Source: Mycoplasmatales bacterium (lineage in GTDB: Bacteria; Bacillota_I; Bacilli_A; CBDATW01). Taken from it: a stretch of DNA of 64,000 nt. The notes beneath the pieces are model-generated. The model did no database searches, was not told the origin of the DNA, and saw nothing but the letters and a program-made list of their open reading frames with translations. Below are positions 47,776 through 59,500 of the stretch, piece by piece. Where the stretch lies: positions 629,947 through 693,946 of the forward strand of contig OZ245334.1 of assembly GCA_965226165.1 (NCBI GenBank). Direction: 5' to 3'. The position numbers and the translations under genes were made by a program. The first letter of the stretch is position 1. The number at the start of each line of letters is the position of its first letter.

Positions 47776-48543
47776 ATGGGAAAAGTTATTGCAATTTCAA
47801 ACCAAAAAGGGGGAGTTGGCAAAACGACAACAGCAATTAATTTGGCTGTTGCATTGTCAAGAAAAAAGAAAAAAGTTTTATTAATTGACCTTGATGCTCA
47901 ATGCAATGCCACCACTGGTTTAGGGCTTGATCCTTTAAAAAATAGTAACCTATTAAAAGTTTTGCAAGGTGAAAAAATTATTAATGAAATTATTCATCAT
48001 AAGATTTTAAAAAACTTGGATTTTATTGAAAGTTCTCAAGAAGTTGCTAGTCTTGATTTAACAATGGCTCAAGAAGAAAAACCTCAACTTTACTTGAAAA
48101 GTATTTTAGCACCCATTAAAGATAAGTATGATTTTATTATCTTAGATTGTCCACCTTCGCTAGGAATTTTAAATGCTATGGCATTAACTGCATCTGATTC
48201 AGTTTTAATCCCTATTCAAACAGAGCATTTTGCCTTAGAGGGGATTCAACAATTATTTTCAACAATAAGGTTAGTCCAAAGGTTATTTAATAAAAACTTA
48301 GGTATTGAAGGCATCTTAATTACAATGTATGATGCTAGAACTAATTTATCAAAAGAAATTAAAGACATTATTTATAGTACTTTTGACTCTAAAGTTTTTA
48401 AAACTTTTATTCCTCGTAATATTAAACTTGCAGAAGCTCCCTCATTTGGTAAAAGCATTTTTGATCATGATAAAAACTCCCAAGGAGCTAAATGTTATTT
48501 TCGTTTGGGACTAGAAATTATAAAAAATAATAAAAAAAGGTAA
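47776..48543 (+). CDS. parA: chromosome partitioning ATPase ParA/Soj
   Basis: Contains KVIAISNQKGGVGKTTTAINLA (deviant Walker A). Confidence 0.9.
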   Translation: MGKVIAISNQKGGVGKTTTAINLAVALSRKKKKVLLIDLDAQCNATTGLGLDPLKNSNLLKVLQGEKIINEIIHHKILKNLDFIESSQEVASLDLTMAQEEKPQLYLKSILAPIKDKYDFIILDCPPSLGILNAMALTASDSVLIPIQTEHFALEGIQQLFSTIRLVQRLFNKNLGIEGILITMYDARTNLSKEIKDIIYSTFDSKVFKTFIPRNIKLAEAPSFGKSIFDHDKNSQGAKCYFRLGLEIIKNNKKR

Positions 48544-48548
48544 TTAAA

Positions 48549-48866
48549 ATGATTTATAAAGACAAGCTGCCAAAGCCAACTAAAGAAGAGAAAAAATATT
48601 ATAAAACAATGCATTCTTATCACATCACTGTTAAGGGAAGCATTTTTATGGGACTTTTAATTTTTCCCATTGTTTTTTTCACAATCACCCTTCCTCCAGA
48701 AGAAAAACCAAATATTGGATGAGTTTATGTTATTTGGGGCGTTTCTTTTGCTATCAATTTAATTACCATGTGGGTTTTGCACAAAAGAGTTAAAAAAATG
48801 GAAAAAGAAATTGATTTTTATGTTATTAAAAGAAAACCTAATAAAAATGATGATGATAAAAAATAG
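48549..48866 (+). CDS. hypothetical membrane protein between parA and parB (105 aa)
   Basis: Translation: MIYKDKLPKPTKEEKKYYKT...GLLIFPIVFFTITLPP...WVYVIWGVSFAINLITMWVL. Confidence 0.4.
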
Positions 48867-48919
48867 CATTAAAATTAAAAAAAGAGTAAAATTAATGAAA
48901 AGAATAAAGGATTATAATA

Positions 48920-49780
48920 ATGACTAAATTTGATCGTTCTGGTCTTGAAGCAATTTTTGGTAAGGGTTTAAAAGAAGCAATGCAAGACATTGAAAATTAC
49001 CAAAAAAAATCAAGTGCCAACAAACCAACCCTAATTCCTATTAAGTTAATTAGAACCAATCCTTATCAACCTAGAAAGTTTTTTGATAAAGAAAAAATTG
49101 CCAAATTAGCCCAATCAATTAAAGCAAATGGTTTAATTCAACCAATTTTAGTTATTAAAGATGTTAAGGGTTATATTCTAGTAGTTGGGGAAAGAAGACT
49201 TCGCGCCCATCAATTAAACAAACAAAAAGAAATTTTAGCAATAGTTGCCAGTATTAAACAAAAACAACTGCAAAGTTTAGCTTTAATTGAAAATATTCAA
49301 AGAGAAGATTTAAATCCGATTGAAGAAGCGGTGGCCTTAAAAGAAATTTTAAATACCCAAAAAATTACTCAAGAAAAATTGGGATTAGAAATTGGAAAAT
49401 CTCGCTCTTATATTACTAATAGTTTAAGATTATTAACTCTTCCAAAAGAAGTGCAAAAATTGGTTATTAATAATGACTTAAGTGTTGGCCATGTTAAAGT
49501 TTTACTTGGTTTAGATGATGAATTTCAAATTATGGAACTTGCTAAAAAAATTATTTATGATGAATTAAGTGTAAGAGATTTAGAAAAACTAATTGTTACA
49601 ATTAATAAAAAATCATTACCAAGAAAAACTTATAAAAATAATGAACTTGAATATGTTGAAGATATTTTAAGAGATAAACTTGATACAAAAATTATTGTTT
49701 CAAAAAATAATATTAATATCAGATTTAATAATTACCAGGATTTAAATCGAATTTTAAAATTATTAAAAATTATTAAATAA
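48920..49780 (+). CDS. parB: chromosome partitioning protein ParB/Spo0J
   Basis: Contains IRTNPYQPRKFF, LVVGERRLRA and IENIQREDLNPIEEA motifs. Confidence 0.85.
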   Translation: MTKFDRSGLEAIFGKGLKEAMQDIENYQKKSSANKPTLIPIKLIRTNPYQPRKFFDKEKIAKLAQSIKANGLIQPILVIKDVKGYILVVGERRLRAHQLNKQKEILAIVASIKQKQLQSLALIENIQREDLNPIEEAVALKEILNTQKITQEKLGLEIGKSRSYITNSLRLLTLPKEVQKLVINNDLSVGHVKVLLGLDDEFQIMELAKKIIYDELSVRDLEKLIVTINKKSLPRKTYKNNELEYVEDILRDKLDTKIIVSKNNINIRFNNYQDLNRILKLLKIIK

Positions 49781-49791
49781 AAAGGAGTAAA

Positions 49792-50895
49792 ATGGCACTA
49801 TCAGCAGGCATTGTTGGTTTACCAAATGTGGGGAAATCAACCTTATTTAATGCCATAACTAAATCCCAAGTTGAGGCAGCAAATTATCCTTTTGCTACTA
49901 TTAAACCAAATGTTGGAGTAATTAATGTTGTTGATTCAAGATTAGATCAATTATCAACTTTATTTAATAGCCAAGAAACCATTTATGCTACGTTCCAATT
50001 TATTGATATTGCCGGCCTTGTTAAGGGTGCTTCTGCTGGTGAAGGCTTAGGGAATGAGTTTTTAGAAAACATTAAAAATGTTGATGCAATTTGTCATGTA
50101 GTGCGTTGTTTTGAAGATGATAAAATCACCCATGTAGAATCAAGAATTGATCCAATAGAAGATATTAAAATTATTAATTTAGAATTAATTTTAAAGGATT
50201 TACAAATGGTAGAAAAAGCTTTGTTTAGGATTAATAAAAAAGTTTTAGTCACCAAAGAAAAAACTTTACTTGCTAAATTTGAACTTTATAAGTTATTAAA
50301 GCAAACCTTAAATGAAGAAAAACTATTATCAACTCTAAATTTAGATGAAAACCAATTAGAATTAATTAAAGATTTAAATTTAATTACAACTAAAAAAGTC
50401 ATTTATGTTGCTAATATTAGTGAAGATGATATTAATAATCCTGAAAATAATCCTCATTTTTTAAAAGTTAAAGAATATGCTACAACTCACAATTCTTGGT
50501 ATCTACCAATATCAGCAAAAATTGAACAAGAATTATCTTTATTAAAAGATGACGAAAAAAATCTATTTATGCAAGAGTTAGGCATTAAAACTTCTGGATT
50601 AAATCAGTTAGTTAAAAAAAGTTATGATATTTTAATGCAACAAACTTTTTTCACAGTTGGACCAAAAGAAGCAAGGGCATGAACTTTTACAAAAGGTGAT
50701 GATGCAGTGAAATGTGCTGCAATTATCCACAATGATTTTGCTAAAGGTTTTATTAGGGCAGAAGTAATGGCATATAATGATTTATTAAAATATAAAAGTG
50801 AAATTAAAGTTAAAGAAGCTGGCAAATGGCATTCTGAAGGAAAAAATTATTTAGTCCAAGATGGTGATGTTATTTTGTTTAGATTTAATGTTTAA
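49792..50895 (+). CDS. ychF: ribosome-binding ATPase YchF
   Basis: Contains [16 protein letters not shown]. Track ORFs 49792.. and 50707.. are in frame (1104 nt). Confidence 0.9.
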
Positions 50896-50910
50896 AGAAG
50901 GAAAATATAA

Positions 50911-51378
50911 ATGTATTTAATAGGGCAATCAATAGATTTTCACCAAATAGAAAAAGCAAAACCATTAATTTTAGGAGGACTAAAATTAAAAGATAATAAT
51001 GGGTTAAAAGCTTATTCTGATGGCGATATTATTTTACATGTTATTGCTGAAGCAATTCTTGGTTCAATACAAAAAGGTGATTTAGGAGATCACTTCCCAA
51101 GTAGTGATTTAAAGCATAAAAATATATCATCAATTAAGATTTTAAACCATAGTTTAAAGCTTTTAAAAAATGAAGGTTATAAAATCCAAAATATTGATTT
51201 AACTTTTATTAGTGATGATATTATGATTAGTCAATATAGGGACAAAATTCTTAATCACTTAAAGGAATTGATAAATTGTGATAAAATTAATTTAAAAGGA
51301 ACAACAAGTGACAATATTTTGTATGCACAAAAAAAATATGTAATTTGCCAATGTGTAATTTTGGTTTGAAAGGTTTAA
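50911..51378 (+). CDS. ispF: IspF (MECDP synthase) homolog
   Basis: IGQSIDFHQ....LILGG........AYSDGDIILHVIAEAILGS...GDLGDHFP aligns by eye with the IspF metal and substrate motifs. Confidence 0.7.
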
Positions 51379-51389
51379 AGAAAAAATAA

Positions 51390-53105
51390 ATGAATTATAA
51401 ACAGAATTTAGACATTTGATTGAATTCATCAATTGATGAAAGTCATAAAAAAGAAATCAATAAATTAAGTGAAAAAGAAAAAAAAGAAGCATTTTATGAA
51501 AACTTATCTTTTGGAACAGCAGGGATAAGAGGAATTAGAGGAATTGGAAGCAATCGAATAAATATATATAACATTCGAATGTATTCTTATGCTTTTGGAA
51601 AGTTTTTGGTTGAAAATTCCCATGTTTTAAAATCAGGAGTAGCAATTGCTTATGATAATCGCTTTTTATCAAAAGAATTTTCCTTAGAATCAGCTAAAGT
51701 TTTTGGAACATTTGGAATAAAAACTTATCTTTTTGCAAAAGAAAGACCAACGCCTCAATTATCATGAACCATCCGTAATTTAAAACTAGCAGGAGGTTTA
51801 GTTTTAACTGCTTCCCATAATCCTAAAGAATATAATGGTTATAAAATGTATGATGAGAGTGGTGGTCAAATTGTTCAAGATAAAATGGATAAATATTTAC
51901 ATTATCTAGAAAAAGAAATGAATAATTTTGACATCCCAACACTTTCATTAAAAGAATTAGAAGAACAAAAACTTTTAGAATACTTAGATGAAGATTATGA
52001 TCAGGGTTTTATTAAAGATTTAACAAAACTTCCAATTAATCCTGTTAAAAAACAAACTATTAAAGTTGCTTATTCAGCGCAAAATGGAGCTTCTAATGCA
52101 ATAACTATGAAACTTTTTGAAAAATTAGGATTAGAAGTTTATAGTGAAATGTCTCAAGCTCAACCAGACCCTAATTTTACAAATTCACCAATGCCCAATC
52201 CAGAAGAAGAAAAAGCTTTTGATAAATTAAAGGAACTAGGACACAAGATTAATGCTGATTTATTACTTTCAACTGACCCTGATGGTGATCGTTTTGGAAT
52301 TTGTGTTCTTCACAATAACAAATATGTTTTTTTAAATGGAAATCAAATGGCAGCTCTACTTTTAGATTATATTATTTCTCAAAAGATTGAAAAAAATATA
52401 TTAGGAAAAGATCCTTATGTTGTTAACTCTTATGTAACTTCTTCACTTGGAAGATTAATTTGTGAAAAATATGGAGTTAAACTAATAAAAACTTTAACTG
52501 GTTTTAAATGAATTGGTGGTTACACCGAAATGGAAATTGCTAAAGGTTTTGAAAATATTATTTGTGCTTATGAAGAATCAAGTGGTTTTATGTTTAGTGG
52601 TATGGCCAGGGAAAAAGATTCATTACAGGCTTGCTTAATGATGATTGAAATGAGTCAATTTTACAAAAACAAAAACAAAACACTAATTGATCGTCTAGAG
52701 GAACTAGGGCAAGAATTTGGTTATCATAAGCAATTTGTTAAGGCATTAGTTTTAAAAGGAATTGAAGGAATAGAAAAAATAAGAGGGTGTATTAAATTTT
52801 TACAAGAATCAAAATTTGAGGATTTCTTAAGCTTAGGTTTTGTTCGTTATGATAATTATGAAAAAGCTATTTCTTTTACAAAAGACAATCAAAAATTAAT
52901 TGAATTGCCAACTTCAAAAGCTTTTAAATTTTACTTTAATGATTATGATTGAATTACGATTAGACCATCAGGAACAGAACCAAAAATTAAAGCTTATTTT
53001 TGCCTAAAAGCAAAAACTAAAGAAGAATTGGAAGAAAAATATAAAAAAGCTGAAAAACAAGTTAAAGCATTATTTAAAAAAGGAGGAATTGACCAGTGAA
53101 ACTAA
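51390..53105 (+). CDS. phosphohexomutase (phosphoglucomutase/phosphomannomutase)
   Basis: Four fragments share one frame. Motifs: GTAGIRG, TASHNPKEYNGYK and DPDGDR. Confidence 0.85.
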
Positions 53106-53644
53106 TTGTTGCTCTTGGCAATCCTGGAAAAAACTTTGAAAAAACTAGGCATAATGTAGGGTTTTTAGCATTAGATTATTTTATTAAATCAAAAAAACTA
53201 AAAGAATTAACGCCTTTTAAAAAAGCTGATTGCCTTTTTTATAAAGATAAAAACTTTATCTTAATAAAACCGCTTTCTTTTATGAATAATTCAGGAATTC
53301 CTACTTATAAAATTATTAAATTTTTTAAAATAAAACTGGAAAATGTTTTAGTTATTTATGATGATATTAATTTACCAATTGGTAAATTAAGAAGTCGTGT
53401 AAAAGGTTCTAATGGTGGCCATAACGGAATTAAAAATATTATTAAAAATCTTGGTAGTGAAAAAATTAAAAGAATTAGAATTGGGGTTGATAATGATATG
53501 GATATGCCCCTTTCAAAATGAGTTTTAAGTCCTTTTGAAAAAGAAGAATTAATTGAATTAGAAGGTGTTTTTAAAAAAACTGAAGATGTGATTGACCTTT
53601 TTTTAAAGGGAGATTTTTATTCAGGAATGAATAAATATAACTAA
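53096..53644 (+). CDS. pth: peptidyl-tRNA hydrolase (GTG start)
   Basis: Contains KLIVALGNPG..YEKTRHNVGF and GHNGIKN motifs. It extends through one TGA. Confidence 0.9.
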
Positions 53645-54594
53645 TGATTCAAAAAATTATTAATAAAAAAATTGCTAATTTAAATCAAAAATTTATCATC
53701 GGGGTTTCTGGTGGAGTTGATTCAATGGTTTTATTAGATGTTGTTAATAAACTTCATCCTGATTTATTAGTTGTTTGTCATGTTAATTACAATCTTCGTA
53801 AAAACTCTAATAAAGAAATGTTAATGGTCAAAAGGTTTTGTTTAAAAAATACTATTCCTTTTCATGTTTTGAGTGTTAAAAAAAAGTTAAAGTCAAACAT
53901 TCAGGAGCAAGCGAGAATTATTCGATTTAATTTTTTTAATAAAATTGCTAATAAATATAAAATAAAAAATATTTTAATAGGTCATAATTTTGAAGATCAT
54001 CTTGAAACTTATTTATTGCAAAAGAAGCGCAATATTATTACGCCTTTTTGAGGCATTAAAGATGTCTCGCTATGACAGAATTTAACAATAATTCGCCCAA
54101 TGTTAAAGATTTTTAAAAAACAAATTTATGATTATGCTAAAAATTATAAGGTTGATTTTATTGAGGATTTATCTAATCAAAAAAAGTTTTATAAAAGGAA
54201 TGAAATTCGTATAGATAAAATTCAAAATCTTTCTTTATTTCAAAAAAAAATAATGGCTTTTAAAATTTCTTTAAAAAACCTAAAAAATAAACAACTATTT
54301 AAAAAAATTGCTATAATGAAAAAGGAAATAATAGTTAGAAATAAGTTTCATAAATCAATATTTAAGCACAAATACAAACATATTTTTATCACTCTTTATT
54401 ATTTTTTAAAGGACTTATCTTATCCAGTAAAAAGAATAAATAAAAAGATTATTAATGAAATTATTTCGTTTCATAAAAAATCAATTCATAATAAAGTTAA
54501 ATTAAAAATGTGTCAAGATTTTTACCTCCAAAAAGATGGGGATTGATACAAACTATTGAAGGGGACAGATTATGAGTCAAAAAATGCCTAATAA
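53644..54594 (+). CDS. tilS: tRNA(Ile)-lysidine synthase
   Basis: Contains IGVSGGVDSMVL (PP-loop). Fragments 53644.. and 54100.. are in frame. It overlaps the ftsH start. Confidence 0.8.
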
Positions 54595-56572
54595 CAAACA
54601 AATAAATAAAAATGTTAGAAAAAATTCAATTTTTCCATTTCTTTTTATGGCCATCTTAATTTCTTCAATAGTTTTTTTGTTTAGGAATCCTTTAACTAAA
54701 ATTCATACTAACACTGAATTTCAAAAAATTTTAGTTGATGATAGTTACCAATTTGAAAGCGTTAATATTTTTCCTTCAGAAAAAACAATGCAAGTTAAAG
54801 GGATTTATTATAAAGATGATAAAAAGTATGAGTTTGAAACCATTTATCCCAATACTGAGAAAAATTATAACTATATAGTTGAAACAATTAATCAAAAAAT
54901 TAAAGATCCTACAAAAGGATTAACAATTGTTAAACCATCTAACTTTTCAATTTGGAATTTACTTTGAAATATTCTTATTTTTGTAGTTCCATTTATGTTA
55001 ATCTTTTGACTACTTTCTAAATCAGGCCCAAGCAAGGGAATAGAATTTGGAAAATCAAGAGCTAAATTAAACAAATTAAACACTATCACCTTTAAAGATG
55101 TGGCAGGAGCAAAAGAAGAAAAAGAAGAACTTAGTGAAATTGTTGATTTCTTAAAAAAACCTAACGAATATGTTTCACTAGGAGCAAGAGTTCCTAAGGG
55201 GGTAATTTTAGTTGGGCCACCTGGAACTGGTAAAACTTTACTTGCAAAAGCAGTTGCTGGGGAAGCCAAGGTGCCTTTTTACACAATTTCTGGTTCTGAT
55301 TTTATTGAAATGTTTGTTGGGGTTGGTGCCTCAAGAGTAAGAAGTATGTTTAAGGAAGCCAAAAAAAATGCCCCTTGCATCATTTTTATTGATGAAATTG
55401 ATGCAGTAGGAAGAAATCGTGGACCTGGTTCAATGGGGGGACATGATGAAAGAGAACAAACCCTTAATCAGTTACTAGTAGAAATGGATGGGTTTGGTAC
55501 TAATGCAGGAATTATTATAATCGCCGCTACTAACCGTGAAGATGTTTTAGATAAGGCCTTGCTTCGTCCTGGAAGATTTGATCGTCGCATTTCAGTTCAT
55601 TTACCAGATGTTTATGCCCGAATTGAAATTTTAAAAGTTCATGCTCGTAATAAAAAATATGCTAAGGGAATTGATTTTGAAAAATTAGCATATCGAACAC
55701 CTGGATTTACTGGAGCTCAACTGGAAAATGTTTTAAATGAAGCAACCCTTCTTTCAATTCGAGATGACAGTAAAAAAGTAACAATGCTTCATCTTGATGA
55801 GGCAGTTGATCGAGTAATTGGTGGACCAGCCAAATATTCAAAAAAGAAAAATGCTGAAGAACGAAAACTAGTTGCCTTCCATGAAGCGGGTCATGCTGTC
55901 ATTGGGTTAAAATTAGCAGATGCAGAAATTGTGCAAAAAGTAACAATTATTCCTCGTGGGGCAGCTGGTGGTTATGTTTTGATGACTCCAAAAAAAGAAT
56001 CATTTATTTTAACTAAAACCCAAATGTTTCATAAAATTGTTTCATATATGGGGGGGAGGGTTTCTGAAAAACTTCATTTTGGAAAAGAAAATATTACAAC
56101 AGGATCATCTGATGATATGAAAAAAGCAACAAGTTTAGCAAGAGCAATGGTAACGCGCTTTGGAATGTCTGATGAAATTGGTCCAATTTCTCTTGAACCA
56201 AGCAACCAAAATGCTTTTGGACCTTCGTCAATACTTAATCCAGCCAAAGAATATGGAGAACAAGTTAATTCTCAAATTGATAGTGAAATTAAAAAAATTA
56301 TTCTTAATGCTGAGAAAAAAGCTCATGAAATTATTAGTAAACATTTACCAAAAGTGAAACTTATTGCTGAAATGTTACTTAAGCATGAAACTTTAACAGC
56401 AGAAATGATTGAAAACATTGATAAATATAATGATGTATCAAAACCAATTGAAAAAAAAGAAGATAAAAAAGAAAAAGTAAAAAAAGAAGAAAAACAAAAG
56501 GATTTAAAACCAAAAGAAAAAACTAAGAAATCTTTAAAACAAGAGTCACTAGATTTTAATAATAAAAAATAA
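54572..56572 (+). CDS. ftsH: ATP-dependent zinc metalloprotease FtsH
   Basis: Contains [13 protein letters not shown] and HEAGHA. Both fragments share one frame (2001 nt). It has a K/E-rich tail. Confidence 0.95.
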
Positions 56573-56578
56573 TTCTAA

Positions 56579-59500
56579 TTATGAATTTGCTTCTTTGTAT
56601 TTGGAAAAAAGTGATTGAGCTCTAGGAGTATTTTGGAATATTCTTTTTGTTTTTTCAAATGAACTTTCAACCCAAGATTGAATATCATTATAAACTTGTT
56701 TACTGGCTAAATAATCACCAATTTTTGGATTTAAACCAACTTCTTCTCAATATTCTTGCCATTTTTTTGAACTTCAATTTTTATAAATATTTTCAACAAA
56801 TAAAGAATTTATAAAAATATCCTTAATTAAAGTCTTTTGATTTGCTGTAACAAAAGTATTTAATGATGCTTTAAATTGAGTAGTTTGTTTAAATTTTTCT
56901 TCGGTTCTAACATTAGGATCAATTCAACTTTGATAAGCTTTTTCTGTTTCATTCTCATCTTTAAAAAATGCTTTAGTGTTGTCATAGTTATTAATTCAAT
57001 TTTTTCAATGTTGTTGATATTCATGACTATTTAAAAAATCAGCATTTGTAAATACTTTTTCATTTTTAAAGTTATCATAATCATTTTTTTTAGCACTCTT
57101 TGAATAATCATCATAGCCTTTTTTAAATCCTAAATCTTCTTTTAAATAATATTCAACAAAATCATCTTTATAAAAATCACTATTTAATTCATAATCTCTT
57201 CTTGTTCTTATTAATGGGTCTTCTCAATTTTTATAATCATTTAAAGCTTGTTTTGAATTATGATAAATTTTCACATCATTTTTTGAAAGAAAATTGTTAT
57301 ATGCAGTTTCATAAGCTTTTTCTTTTTGAAAGTTTTCATTTGTTAAGTTTGGTTGTTCTCATTTTTGATAATCACTTAAAGCTTCTTTTTTATAAATTTC
57401 TAAAGCATTTGCTTTGGTTGCCCACTTTTTCAAATCAAGATTAAATTGATTAGATTTTAAATATTTATTTTTTAATCAAGTGTTAAAAACATTAATGTTT
57501 TCTTCATCTTTTTTAAACAAAGCAACACTTTCAACTTTTAAATTAATTCAATTATTAAAATAAGAATCTTTATCATCACTTGCTTGGAATTTTAATTCAT
57601 TATCTTTTTGCAATTTAGCATTGTAAGCATTATATTTTTGTATTGTGTCTTTATCTTGTAAAAATAAGTCCCCAAGATTCTCACTATTTGTTCATTTATA
57701 TAAGTCTTGTAAAAAACGATTATTATTATTTGTTTTATTATAGTCAGCTTTGGTTCTAACCAAAGGATCTATTCAATTATTGTAATCAACTTTAGCTTCA
57801 TCACTTAATAAATATCATTTTTTTCCTTTTGCTAAAATTCAAGCACTCAAAGCATCTTCATATGCTTTTAAGCCTTTTTCAAAATCACTTGCTTGGTGTT
57901 TTTCAGGATCATTTCATTGATTATAATCTTGATTTGATTGATCATCACTTTTATAAAGGTTAAAAACAAAATCATTATTTTCATTGATCCATTTATCTAA
58001 ATCATTTTTATATGCTTCTTTTAAATAATAGTTTTTATATCAATTTAAATAAATGTTTGTTTTACTTTGATCATTAATCATTTGGTCAATAAATTTTTTG
58101 TGCTTTCTTTGCATTTTTAATTCTTGATTAACAATTTCATTTCAGTAATTATTGTAATCTAAATTATATTGTTCATTTAAATATTTTTGATCATATTGTT
58201 TTAAAATATTATCATTATGTTCCTTAAATTTTGTTTTAAAAAAGGAACTATCTTCAAAGATATCTGGCAAAATATTTGCTTTTATTTTTGACCAAGTATC
58301 TAAATCATTTCATTTTTGAAGATTGTTATATTTATCAGTCCATTTAGTTTTTTCAAGAATTTCTTCTTCAAAATATTTTATACCACCAGTTGCATCATTA
58401 ACCCAAGAATTAAAATCATTGTTTCAGTTGCTTTGTTTTGCCAAATATTTTTCTTTATTTTGTTTGGCAATTTCTTTTTTTCCAACATCTAATTTTAGCC
58501 ATTGTTTAAAAGCTAAATTTTGATCATTTTTTCATTGGTTGAATGCAATGTTATGACTATTATCTTTTTCAAAATCACTTTTTGTAATTTTTTTAGCAAC
58601 TTTTCAATGTTCATAATCCCTAACAATTGCTAGATCATCTTTTTTATATAAATCTTTTAAAAAGTTATTGTGAATATCAACCTGTGCATCAATTCATGAA
58701 TTGAAAGGTTTATTTGTCTTAAATCATTTGCTAAATCAATCCTGATAAGGTTTAAAATTATTAAAATAACCAGTTTTTGTTTTGTCTTTAGATAATTTTT
58801 TTAATTCAAAAAGTTCTTTTTTCCATTGCTCATTTTTGAAAAACTCTTCATTAGCATAATAAGAATTTTTAAAATAATTTTCTTTATTTTGGGAATCTAA
58901 TCACTTTTTAAAGTTGCTATTAAAATCATTAGAATAATAATAACTTTGCAGGGCAATTTGTTTGTTTGATAAATTATTATATTTATTATTTAATTGATTA
59001 ATTTGATTTAAACTCAATTTAAAATCATCAATAACAGCAATTTTATTTTCACTTCTCCCACCGTCATTACTTCTTCTTGCTTGAGAAAGCCACTTATTTT
59101 CAAAATATTTTACAAATAGTTTATTTAATTCATCATGTTCATAAAGATTATAAAATTTATCATATTGCAATTTTACTTTTCGAAGACTATAAGCATTTGG
59201 ATTGTTATTTTTTCAATTTTTGAAAGCTAAAGATTTTTCAAATTCATCAATAGCATTATAATTAATCATCAATATTTGATTATCTTTAATTTTTGTTTTT
59301 GAAAGTAAACTAATGCTTCCATAATCACTATCCACCTCTGCTTCTTCTCTATATATTTGGTGATCATTTGTGCTTGAAATTTCTTTTAATTTTTCCTTAA
59401 AACTATTAAACATTCCTTCAATCACCGAGTCTAATCAAGCCTGATCATCTTCACCTCTAAGTCTCATTGTGCGCATTCAATTCATTATGTAGCGATCTCG

